A DNA stretch of 64,000 bases from positions 6,442 to 70,441 of the forward strand of contig JBLMWD010000074.1 in assembly GCA_050257045.1 (NCBI GenBank). Reading direction: 5' to 3'. The translations under genes and the position numbers were made by a program. Source of the DNA: Bacteroidota bacterium (GTDB lineage: Bacteria; Eisenbacteria; RBG-16-71-46; SZUA-252). Below, piece by piece: positions 18,608 through 27,172 of this stretch (its first letter is position 1; every line of letters starts with the position of its first letter). A model generated the notes under the pieces. That model made no database searches, was not told the origin of the DNA, and saw only the letters and a program-made list of their open reading frames with translations.

Positions 18608-19440
18608 GCCAGGCCGAAGCCCTTCCCTCGGGAACCCCCGCAGTTCGCACGCTGGAGCAGATCCACGTGCCGGCCGTGCGCGCGGCGCTCGAGGAGCACC
18701 TCGCGTGTCCCGACACGCTCGGACTCCTGCTCTGCGGCAGCCGCGTGCTGGGGTGGGCCGAGCCCGACGGCGACTACGACGCGCTGATCGTCGTCACGCG
18801 CGAGCGCTTCCGCTCGCTCACGCCCGAGGAGACCCTCCTGCGCATCTGGGCGGAAGGGGAATCGCCGCGGCGCATGATCGGCGACTTCTCCATCTTCTCC
18901 GACGAGACCTTCGAGGAAGCGCTCCGCTCCCCGCTCGACATCGACCACTGGCTGTACGCCGACGCGGTGGTGCTCGCGGATCGCGCCGGGACGTTGGAGG
19001 AGTGGCGCCGCCGGCTTGCGGCCTTCCCCGAGGCCTCCTTCCGGGAGCGCGCCCTGCATCGCTACCTCGCCCTCGTCATCGCGGTTCACTACGCCACGGT
19101 GGACGACGTCCGCGGCTTCGCGGCGGACCGCCAGATGAACTTGCATCGCGCCGCGCTCGCCGGCGTACACCTCTGGTTCACGCTGCGGAAGCGCTGGGCT
19201 CCGCCGCTCAAGTGGTGGACGCGCGAGGTGGACCGGCTCGCGATCCGGCCCGACACGCGCGCGGTGCTCGAGGCGGCCGTGCTGAACCCGACCGTCGAGA
19301 CGGCGACGCACCTGCGCGAGCACCTGAAATCCGAGATGCGCCACGCCGGCATCGGCGAGGTCGACGACATCACCGCGGTGTTCGCCCGCACGCTCCTTCC
19401 CGAGCGCCGCGCGGCGGTCTACCGCGATTCCTTCTTATGA
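18604..19440 (+). CDS. Pol-beta-superfamily nucleotidyltransferase domain with helical C-terminal domain
   Basis: GTG overlapping the upstream stop; LLCGSRVLGWAEPDGDYD (hGS...DxD). Confidence 0.7.
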   Translation: MSQAEALPSGTPAVRTLEQIHVPAVRAALEEHLACPDTLGLLLCGSRVLGWAEPDGDYDALIVVTRERFRSLTPEETLLRIWAEGESPRRMIGDFSIFSDETFEEALRSPLDIDHWLYADAVVLADRAGTLEEWRRRLAAFPEASFRERALHRYLALVIAVHYATVDDVRGFAADRQMNLHRAALAGVHLWFTLRKRWAPPLKWWTREVDRLAIRPDTRAVLEAAVLNPTVETATHLREHLKSEMRHAGIGEVDDITAVFARTLLPERRAAVYRDSFL

Positions 19441-19495
19441 ACGTCGTGCCGCGCCTCCGGCGCGGTCCGACGACACCGTAACGCCAGGAGGGTCC

Positions 19496-21610
19496 GTGCG
19501 CCATTCCACGCTCGTCCGTTTCGCCCGGCTCCGGCCCGCGCTCGCGGCAATCGCCCTGCTCGCAGCCGCGGCCGCCGCGGCCGCCGTGCCGCCCCCGGCG
19601 CGCGCCGCCGGAAATCCGCCCCTCTTCTACAGCGACCGCCCCGATGCGGGCGGCTTCCGCACGCTCTGCGAGGCCGAGCTCGCGAACGCGCAGGAGGCGC
19701 TCGACCGCATGGTCAAGGCCCCCGGGCCGCGCACCGTCGACAACACCCTCGTGCCGTACAACGAGGTGATGCTCCACGCCGACAACGCCTCGTACTACGC
19801 GGGGCTCATGCAGGAGGTCCACCCCGACTCGAGCTTCCGGGCGACGGCCGAGGAGATGACGCAGAAGGCGCAGAAGTTCCTGAACGACGTCTCGCTGAAC
19901 CGCGGCGTCTACGACGCGATCCGGGCGGTGCGCCTGGGCGGCGCCACGCCGGACACCCGCTTCCTCGTGGAGCGGACGCTCCGCGACTTCCGGCGCGCCG
20001 GCGTCGACAAGGACGAGGCCACGCGCGCCCGCATCGCCACCCTGCGCGATCAGCTCGTCGTGATCGGCCAGGAGTTCGACCGGAACATCCGCAACGACTC
20101 GCGCACCGTCAAGGCGCCGGCCGCCGAGCTCGACGGATTACCTGAAGATTTCGTCCGATCCCACCCCGCCGACAAGGACGGCAACGTCGCGATCTCGATC
20201 GAGTATCCCGATCGCTTCCCCGTCATGCGCTACGCGAAGAGCGACGATCTCCGCCACCGACTCCAGATCGAGAGCCGGAATCGCGCCTATCCGCAAAACA
20301 TGGCCGTCCTCGACAGCATGCTCGCGAAGCGGTACGAGCTGGCCCGCATCCTCGGCTACGCCACGTGGGCCGACTACGTCACCGAGGACAAGATGATCCG
20401 GACGCCGAAGCGCGCGGCCGAGTTCCTCGACAGGGTCGGGAAGCTGGTGGTCGACCCGGGGAAGCGCGAGTACGCGGTCTATCTACAGCGCAAGCGCGAG
20501 GACGACCCCAAGGCGACGGGGGTCGAGGACTGGGAGTCCGCCTACTACGGGAACCTGATCCGGAAGCGCGATTACGACTTCGACGCGCAGGAGGCGCGCC
20601 CCTACTTTGCCTTCGACGCGGTGAAGAAGGGCGTGCTCGACGTCACGTCGCGGATCTTCGGCGTCACGTACAAGCGGATCGACGACGCGGTCGTCTGGGA
20701 CCCGGGCGTCGAAGCCTACGAGGTCTACGAAGGGGATCGCCTCCTCGGGCGCTTCTTCTTCGATCTCCACCCGCGCGCGGGGAAGTTCAACCACGCCGCC
20801 CAGTTCACGATCCGCCAGGGATGCGCCGGGGTCCAGATCCCCGAAGCGTGCCTCGTCTGCAACTTCCCCGGCGGGAAGGCGGGCGATCCCGGGCTCATGG
20901 AGCACCAGGACGTGGTCACGTTCTTCCACGAGTTCGGGCACCTGCTGCACACGATCTTCGCCGGCAGCGGGCGCTGGGAGCCGCTCGCGGGTATCTCGAC
21001 CGAGTGGGATTTCGTCGAGGCGCCCTCGCAGATGCTCGAGGAGTGGGCCTGGTACCCTTCGTCGCTCCGGACGTTCGCGAAGAACTACCAGACGGGCGAG
21101 CCGATCCCCGACGCCATGGTGGACAAGATGCGGCGCGCCGACGCGTTCGGCCGCGGCATCGACGAGGGCTTCCAGGACTACCTCGCCGAAGCGTCGCTCC
21201 ACATGTACGACCGGCCGCCGGCCCGCGTGAACTCCGACTCGATCATGGTGCAGGCGCAGCGGCCGATCCTCCCCTTCCCCCCGATCCCGAACACGCACCT
21301 CCAGTGCTCCTTCGGCCACCTGGACGGCTACTCCGCGATCTACTACACGTACCTCTGGTCGCAGGTGATCGCGAAGGACCTCTTCAGCCAGTTCGACCGG
21401 GAGCACCTGCTCGACCCGGCGGTGCCGACGCGCTACCGGAAGGCGGTGCTCGCGCCGGGCGGATCGAGGCCGGCGGCGGAGCTGGTTCGCGCGTTTCTCA
21501 AGCGCGACTTCAGCTACAAGCCGTTCGAAGAGTGGGTGGCCGCCGAGGGGTCGCTCGGCAACGGGCGGTCGAAGGGAGGCGTGGAAAAGGCGGGGGCTTC
21601 GATCCGCTAG
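19496..21610 (+). CDS. M3-family (thimet oligopeptidase-like) metallopeptidase with signal peptide
   Basis: FHEFGHLLH, DFVEAPSQMLE, FGHLDGYSAIYYTYLWS; AGGAGG ribosome-binding site upstream. Confidence 0.92.
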   Translation: MRHSTLVRFARLRPALAAIALLAAAAAAAAVPPPARAAGNPPLFYSDRPDAGGFRTLCEAELANAQEALDRMVKAPGPRTVDNTLVPYNEVMLHADNASYYAGLMQEVHPDSSFRATAEEMTQKAQKFLNDVSLNRGVYDAIRAVRLGGATPDTRFLVERTLRDFRRAGVDKDEATRARIATLRDQLVVIGQEFDRNIRNDSRTVKAPAAELDGLPEDFVRSHPADKDGNVAISIEYPDRFPVMRYAKSDDLRHRLQIESRNRAYPQNMAVLDSMLAKRYELARILGYATWADYVTEDKMIRTPKRAAEFLDRVGKLVVDPGKREYAVYLQRKREDDPKATGVEDWESAYYGNLIRKRDYDFDAQEARPYFAFDAVKKGVLDVTSRIFGVTYKRIDDAVVWDPGVEAYEVYEGDRLLGRFFFDLHPRAGKFNHAAQFTIRQGCAGVQIPEACLVCNFPGGKAGDPGLMEHQDVVTFFHEFGHLLHTIFAGSGRWEPLAGISTEWDFVEAPSQMLEEWAWYPSSLRTFAKNYQTGEPIPDAMVDKMRRADAFGRGIDEGFQDYLAEASLHMYDRPPARVNSDSIMVQAQRPILPFPPIPNTHLQCSFGHLDGYSAIYYTYLWSQVIAKDLFSQFDREHLLDPAVPTRYRKAVLAPGGSRPAAELVRAFLKRDFSYKPFEEWVAAEGSLGNGRSKGGVEKAGASIR

Positions 21611-22101
21611 CGCTTCGTCTTGCGGGTCTCGCGGAGCGGCGTCAGGACTTCCCTCTCGAAGCGCGCGGCGTCGAACGCCTTGTCGAGGTACGGGAGGATC
21701 ACCTCCTCCGTCACGACGAAGTGCGCGGCCACGAGCCCGAGGATCCCGTAGCAGAGGTGCATCAGCTTCCCGGGCGCCGCGCCCGCGCCGATCGCCTTCT
21801 CGAGGGCGTCGCACCGGCGCGCCACGAGGACGTGCTCGAAGCGGACCGGCTCGGTGAGCTTCGAGCCTTCCCCTGCCGCCCAGTCGGCCGCGGGATAGAG
21901 CGTGTACTCCTCGGCGTGCGCGTGCGGGGCGATCTGGCGCCGGACGAAGTCGACGACCTCGCGCGCGGTCGAGAGCTGGTCGAGGGTGGTCTGCTCGTGG
22001 AGCGTCTCGATCCGTTCGGCCAGCGCCTGGACACGCGTCATGAGCGTGGCGTGCTCGGCCCGCAGGGACGCGGTCGGCCGGCCCGAATCGGATGTCGCCA
22101 T
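21607..22101 (-). CDS. Hemerythrin-like (HHE cation-binding) domain protein
   Basis: EH...H.HAEE..LYP...EH...HF..EE pattern. Confidence 0.75.
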   Translation of the reverse strand: MATSDSGRPTASLRAEHATLMTRVQALAERIETLHEQTTLDQLSTAREVVDFVRRQIAPHAHAEEYTLYPAADWAAGEGSKLTEPVRFEHVLVARRCDALEKAIGAGAAPGKLMHLCYGILGLVAAHFVVTEEVILPYLDKAFDAARFEREVLTPLRETRKTKR

Positions 22102-22132
22102 AGGGCCCGGAGTCTCGGGGTTTCCCCAGGCG

Positions 22133-22170
22133 GTGTCAACTCGGCTGTTCGGTGTGTCAACTCCCCTGTT
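22133..22170. repeat. Two 17-bp direct repeats (GTGTCAACTCnnCTGTT) with a 21-bp period in the divergent promoter
   Basis: 22133-22149 and 22154-22170, 15/17 identical; each contains TTGACA on the minus strand. Confidence 0.8.
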
Positions 22171-22197
22171 GCGCGCCCCCCTCGCCGGACCTAGTCT
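22169..22197 (+). promoter_or_regulatory. Putative sigma70 promoter of the rpiB operon (TTGCGC-17-TAGTCT)
   Basis: The -10 box ends 8 nt before ATG 22206. Confidence 0.55.
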
Positions 22198-22205
22198 CGA
22201 TCGTC

Positions 22206-22658
22206 ATGAACATCGCCGTCGGCGCCGACCATGCCGGATTCGAGATGAAGGAGCGGGTGCGGCGCTACCTCGAATCGCGCGGCCACGCCGTGCTCGACAT
22301 GGGCACGCACTCCACCGAATCGACCGACTACCCCGCCTACGCCTTCCGCGTCGCCGAATCCGTCCGCGACGGCACGGCCGACCGCGGCGTCCTCGTCTGC
22401 GACTCGGGCAACGGGATCGCGATCGCGGCAAACAAGGTCGAGGGGATCCGGGCCGCGCTCGCGGTCAACACGTGGCAGGGTGAGATGGCGCGCCGCCACA
22501 ACGACGCGAACGTGCTCGTCCTCGCCTCCAAGGTGACGCCGCAGGACCAGGAGGACGCGATCGTGCAGGCGTGGCTCGACGCGCCGTTCGACGGCGGCCG
22601 CCACGCGCGCCGCGTCGGTCAGATCGCCGACTACGAGCGCGCGCACGAGCGGAGCTAG
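22206..22658 (+). CDS. rpiB: Ribose-5-phosphate isomerase B
   Basis: GADHAG, STDYP, CDSGNGIAIAANKVEGIRAA, RRHNDANVL, GGRHARRV. Confidence 0.95.
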   Translation: MNIAVGADHAGFEMKERVRRYLESRGHAVLDMGTHSTESTDYPAYAFRVAESVRDGTADRGVLVCDSGNGIAIAANKVEGIRAALAVNTWQGEMARRHNDANVLVLASKVTPQDQEDAIVQAWLDAPFDGGRHARRVGQIADYERAHERS

Positions 22659-22662
22659 CGGC

Positions 22663-24414
22663 GTGGCGGGCTTCTCGCGGCAGACCGAATCCACCGGCTC
22701 GCTCGAGGGCCCGTTCCGCGAGACGATCGAGGCCCTCGGCCGGGCCGGCGCCGTCGCACGTCTCGCCGACCGCGACCCTTCCCTCTGGAAGGACGACCCC
22801 GCCCACGCCGCCGTGATCCGGAACCGCCTCGGCTGGCTCGACGAGCCGGGACGGCTCCGCGGACGCATCGGCGAGCTCCAGTCCTTCTCGGCCGAGGTGC
22901 GCGCGGCCGGCTACACCCGCGTCCTCCTCCTCGGCATGGGCGGCTCGAGCCTCGCTCCCGAGGTCCTGAAGCGCTGCATGACCCCCGGCCCGGGCGCGCC
23001 GATCCTCGACGTCCTCGACTCCACCGATCCCGACGCCATCCGCGCCGCCGAAGGAAGCGCGCGCCTCGACCGGAGCTTCTTCCTCGTCGCGAGCAAGTCG
23101 GGGACGACGCTCGAGACGCTCTCGCAGTACCGCTACTTCCGCGCGCGCGTCGAGGCGGCCGGCCTCTCCGACGCCGGCTCGCGCTTCGCGGCGGTCACCG
23201 ATCCGGGCTCGCCGCTCGAGGCGCTCGCCGGCGCGGAGAAGTTCCGCCGCGTCTTTCGGAATCCGCCCGACATCGGCGGCCGCTACTCGGCGCTCTCCTA
23301 CTTCGGCATGGTGCCGGCCGCGCTCCTGAACCTCGACCTCGCCACGCTCGCCTCGCGAGCCGAGGCGGCGCGCGAGGAATCGCTCGCGCCGGACCCCGCG
23401 GCGAACGGCGCGCTCCGTCTCGGCGCCCTTCTCGCCGCGGCCGCGAAGGGAGGCCGCGACAAACTCACGATCCTCACGGCTCCGTTCCTGCGCCCGGTGG
23501 GATTCTGGATCGAGCAGCTCATCGCCGAGAGTACCGGGAAGGAGGGGAAAGGGATCGTGCCGGTCGAGGGGGAGCCGCTCGGCGCGCCGCACCACTACGG
23601 CGCCGACCGGATCTTCGTCTCGATTGAGCTCGACGGCGAGCCGGTCGCGGACCTCGAGCGCCTCGAGCGCGATCTCACGCGCTCCGGCGCGGCGTGGGTC
23701 CGGATCGTCCTCTCCGACCGCGACCAGATCGCCGCCGAGTTCGTGCGCTGGGAGGCCGCGACCGCGTTCGCCGGCTCGGTCCTCGGGATCGATCCCTTCG
23801 ACGAGCCGAACGTCCAGGAGAGCAAGGACGCGACGAAGAAGATCCTCCAGCAGTTCGAGTCGTCGGGATCGATGCCTTCCGGCGAGCCGGTCGCGCGCGA
23901 CCTGGGCATCGAGGTCTACGCCGAGGCCGGCTTCTGGGCGCGGATCGTGGAGGGCTCGCCCGCGCACCCGAGCCTCGAGATGGTCCTCCAGCGCTTCCTC
24001 ACCCGTGCGCGACCCGGCGAGTACGTGGCGCTCCTCGCTTACCTCGAGCGAACCGCGGGGAGCGAGGCTTCGTTCGCCCTCATGCGCCGCGCCATCCGGA
24101 ACGCCCATCGCGTCCCGGTCCTTCAGGGCTACGGCCCCCGCTACCTCCACTCGATCGGGCAGCTCTACAAGGGCGGCCCGGGGACGGGACTCTTCCTGAT
24201 CCTGACCGCCGCGGGCGAGATCGACGTCCCGATCCCCGGCAGCCCCTACACGTTCGGGCAAGTGGAGACGGCGCAGGCCCTCGGCGACGCCGCCTCGCTC
24301 ACCTCGCGGGGGAAGCCGCTCCTCCGGCTCCACATGACCGAGGGCGCCGCCGCCGGTCTCGACGCCCTCGGGGCCGCCATCGAGCGGGCCATCGCGGCCA
24401 CCGCAAGCGCCTGA
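22663..24414 (+). CDS. pgi: Glucose-6-phosphate isomerase (type found as the Pgi half of Tal-Pgi fusions)
   Basis: LGMGGSSL, SKSGTTLET, IGGRYSALS, EQLIAESTGK, DPFDEPNVQESK. Confidence 0.88.
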   Translation: MAGFSRQTESTGSLEGPFRETIEALGRAGAVARLADRDPSLWKDDPAHAAVIRNRLGWLDEPGRLRGRIGELQSFSAEVRAAGYTRVLLLGMGGSSLAPEVLKRCMTPGPGAPILDVLDSTDPDAIRAAEGSARLDRSFFLVASKSGTTLETLSQYRYFRARVEAAGLSDAGSRFAAVTDPGSPLEALAGAEKFRRVFRNPPDIGGRYSALSYFGMVPAALLNLDLATLASRAEAAREESLAPDPAANGALRLGALLAAAAKGGRDKLTILTAPFLRPVGFWIEQLIAESTGKEGKGIVPVEGEPLGAPHHYGADRIFVSIELDGEPVADLERLERDLTRSGAAWVRIVLSDRDQIAAEFVRWEAATAFAGSVLGIDPFDEPNVQESKDATKKILQQFESSGSMPSGEPVARDLGIEVYAEAGFWARIVEGSPAHPSLEMVLQRFLTRARPGEYVALLAYLERTAGSEASFALMRRAIRNAHRVPVLQGYGPRYLHSIGQLYKGGPGTGLFLILTAAGEIDVPIPGSPYTFGQVETAQALGDAASLTSRGKPLLRLHMTEGAAAGLDALGAAIERAIAATASA

Positions 24415-24553
24415 CCCCGCGCCGCCGACCTTGCGCCGTTTCGCGAGGTTGCGGCATCATCGGCGGGTAGAGGCGACTGGACGGCGCGACGCCTCGCCGC
24501 TCTCGCCGGAACATCCCGGCACGCGCTGGTCGGACTCGAACACGGAGGGTTCC

Positions 24554-25090
24554 ATGCCTGCTCGGAAGAAGGCTTCCAGGAAGTCCGCCAAGAAGCGGCC
24601 GGTCGCACGGACGGCCAAGAAGAAGGGCGCCGCCCGGAAGTCCGCCGCGCGCAAGAGTTCCCAGCGCGCGTCCACTCCCGCCCGGCGTCCCGCGGCGCCG
24701 CCCGCGACGCCGAGCGCGATCGGAATGACGATCCACCACCTCGACTTCACGACGAACGACCTCGAGGCCGTGAAGCGCTTCTACGTCGAGCTCCTCGGCT
24801 TCAGGAACCACGAGCACGATCCCCAGTACAACTACCTCTGGGTGCAGACGGGCGGGACGTCGAGCCTCGGGTTCATGCCGCCGATGCAGGGGATGGGCGA
24901 GGCGAGCCCGCCGAAGGAGCCGACGCTCTACTTCATCGTGGAGGACGTCGATCGCGCCTATGCGGCGCTGAGCGCGCGCGGAGTGATGTTCGAAGGCCCC
25001 CCTGCCGACATGCCGTGGGGCCACCGCGTCGTACGAACCATCGATCCGGAGGGGCGGGTCGTGATGCTCGCCACCCGGAAGCAGGCATAG
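24554..25090 (+). CDS. VOC/glyoxalase-superfamily protein with Lys/Arg/Ala-rich N-terminal tail
   Basis: GGAGG RBS before ATG 24554; FYVELLGF, YFIVEDVD, MPWGHR, DPEG motifs. Confidence 0.8.
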   Translation: MPARKKASRKSAKKRPVARTAKKKGAARKSAARKSSQRASTPARRPAAPPATPSAIGMTIHHLDFTTNDLEAVKRFYVELLGFRNHEHDPQYNYLWVQTGGTSSLGFMPPMQGMGEASPPKEPTLYFIVEDVDRAYAALSARGVMFEGPPADMPWGHRVVRTIDPEGRVVMLATRKQA

Positions 25091-25115
25091 ACCCTCTCTG
25101 GGACAGGAGCGCGCC

Positions 25116-26258
25116 ATGAAGCCGACCCCCGCGACCCAGCTGCACGAGCTCGGACAGAGCGTCTGGCTCGACAACATCAACGACGGATGGATCCAGTCGG
25201 GCGAGCTCGCCCGGTGGATCGCCGAGGGGTCGGTGTACGGCGTCACCTCGAATCCGACCATCTTCAAGAACGCGATCGGGAGCAACCAGTACTCCTACCC
25301 CGCGGAGATCCAGCGTCTCGCTTCCGCGGGCAAATCCCCGGACGAGATCTACGAGGAGCTGGCGGTGCGCGACATCACGCGCACCGCCGACCTGCTCGCC
25401 GAGACCTACCGCCGCGGCACCGGCCGGGACGGCTTCGTGAGCCTCGAGGTCATGCCCGACAAGGCGAACGACACGGACGCCACGATCGAGCAGGCCCGCC
25501 ACTACCGGAAGATCGTGAACCGCCCGAACCTCTTCGTGAAGGTGCCCGGCACGGCGGCGGGCGTCCCGGCCATCGAGGCGCTGATCGCCGAGGGGATCAG
25601 CATCAACGTGACGCTCCTCTTCGGGCGGAAGCAGTTCGCCGCGGCCGCGGAGGCGTACCGGCGCGGCATCGAGCGGCGGCTTTCCTCGGGCGCCTCGATC
25701 GAGGGGCTCCACTCCGTCGCGAGCATCTTCGTGAGCCGGCTCGACACCTCGGTCGACAAGGAGCTCGACGCGAAGGCGGCCGCGGCCGACGCCGTCGCCG
25801 ATCGCGAGCGGTTCCTCTCGCTCCGGGGGTCGGCCGCGGTCGCGAACGCCCTCGACGTCTGGGAGGAGTACCGCGCGCGCTTCTTCGGCCCCGCGTTCGA
25901 GGACCTCCGCCGCCGCGGCGCGCGACCGCAGTGGATGCTCTGGGCTTCCACCGGGACGAAGAACCCGGCCTACTCCGACGTGAAGTACGTGGACGAGCTG
26001 GCCGGACCCGATTCGATCAACACGATGCCGAAGGAGACGCTGGACGCCTGGCTCGAGCACGGCGTGGTCCAGGGCAACCGTCTCGATCCGCGCGTGGAGA
26101 CCGCGCGCACGACGCGGCGCGTCCTCGCCGACGCCGGGATCGACCTCGGGAAGCACTGCGATCAGCTCCAGAAGGACGGCGTCGTCCTCTTCGAGAAGTC
26201 GTTCACGGAGATGATGGACACGATCCGCGAGCGCTCGGCCGCGCTGGCGCGGCGCTGA
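25116..26258 (+). CDS. tal: Transaldolase
   Basis: SVWLDN, GVTSNPTIF, FVKVPGT (Schiff-base Lys), NVTLLF, WASTGTKNP. Confidence 0.95.
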   Translation: MKPTPATQLHELGQSVWLDNINDGWIQSGELARWIAEGSVYGVTSNPTIFKNAIGSNQYSYPAEIQRLASAGKSPDEIYEELAVRDITRTADLLAETYRRGTGRDGFVSLEVMPDKANDTDATIEQARHYRKIVNRPNLFVKVPGTAAGVPAIEALIAEGISINVTLLFGRKQFAAAAEAYRRGIERRLSSGASIEGLHSVASIFVSRLDTSVDKELDAKAAAADAVADRERFLSLRGSAAVANALDVWEEYRARFFGPAFEDLRRRGARPQWMLWASTGTKNPAYSDVKYVDELAGPDSINTMPKETLDAWLEHGVVQGNRLDPRVETARTTRRVLADAGIDLGKHCDQLQKDGVVLFEKSFTEMMDTIRERSAALARR

Positions 26259-26272
26259 CGCGGGGGGCTCAC

Positions 26273-27172
26273 GTGGAGATCGGATTCGTCGGCCTCGGCC
26301 GAATGGGAAAGAACATGGTGCTCCGCCTCCTCCAGGGCGGGCACCGGGTCGTGGCGTGGGACCCCAACGCATCCAGCGTGGCGGAGGTCGCCGGCGCGGG
26401 CGCTGCGGCCGCGTCGGGACTCTCGGACATCGCGGCGAAGCTCGCCGACCGCCCACGGGCCATCTGGGTCATGGTCCCCTCGGGAAATCCCACGGAGCAG
26501 GTGATCCAGGACCTCGGCCGCTTGCTCGACCGGGGCGACATCGTGGTCGACGGCGGAAACTCCCACTACACCGAGTCGGTGCGCCGCGCGGCGTCCCTGC
26601 GCGAGCGCGGCGTGCAGTTCATCGACTCGGGGACCTCGGGCGGCATCTGGGGGCTCGCGAACGGCTACTGCCTCATGGTCGGAGGCGACGCGGCCTCCTG
26701 CCGGCGGCTCGAGCCGGTCTTCACGACGCTCGCGCCCCCCGACGGCTATCTCCGCGTCGGCGAGAGCGGCGCCGGGCACTTCGTGAAGATGATCCACAAT
26801 GGCATCGAGTACGGGCTCATGGAGTCGTACGCGGAGGGCTTCGAGATCCTCGCCTCCTCGTCGTACGGCCTCGACCTGCCCGGCATCGCCTCGCTCTGGC
26901 GGAACGGCAGCGTCGTCCGCTCCTGGCTCCTCGACCTCGCCGCGGACGCGCTGCGCGACGATCCTCGCCTCGACCACGTGAAGGACTACGTGGAGGACTC
27001 CGGCGAGGGGCGCTGGGCCGTGATCGAATCCGTCGACCGCGCCATCCCGGCCCCGGTGCTCACCCTCGCGCTCCAGGCCCGCTTCCGCTCGCGCCAGCCG
27101 TCCTCGTTCGCCGGGAAGCTCCTCGCCGCCCTGCGGAACAAGTTCGGCGGCCACGCCGTCAAGACGACGTGA
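26273..27172 (+). CDS. gnd: 6-phosphogluconate dehydrogenase (decarboxylating, short type)
   Basis: GTG 26273; GFVGLGRMG, DGGNS, GTSGG, GHFVKMIHNGIEYG, FGGHAVK. Confidence 0.95.
   Translation: MEIGFVGLGRMGKNMVLRLLQGGHRVVAWDPNASSVAEVAGAGAAAASGLSDIAAKLADRPRAIWVMVPSGNPTEQVIQDLGRLLDRGDIVVDGGNSHYTESVRRAASLRERGVQFIDSGTSGGIWGLANGYCLMVGGDAASCRRLEPVFTTLAPPDGYLRVGESGAGHFVKMIHNGIEYGLMESYAEGFEILASSSYGLDLPGIASLWRNGSVVRSWLLDLAADALRDDPRLDHVKDYVEDSGEGRWAVIESVDRAIPAPVLTLALQARFRSRQPSSFAGKLLAALRNKFGGHAVKTT

Noticed and set aside
19496-21610. Secreted M3 peptidase as a novelty
   Set aside because: Signal-peptide-bearing M3 oligopeptidases are common; nothing unusual in motifs or context.
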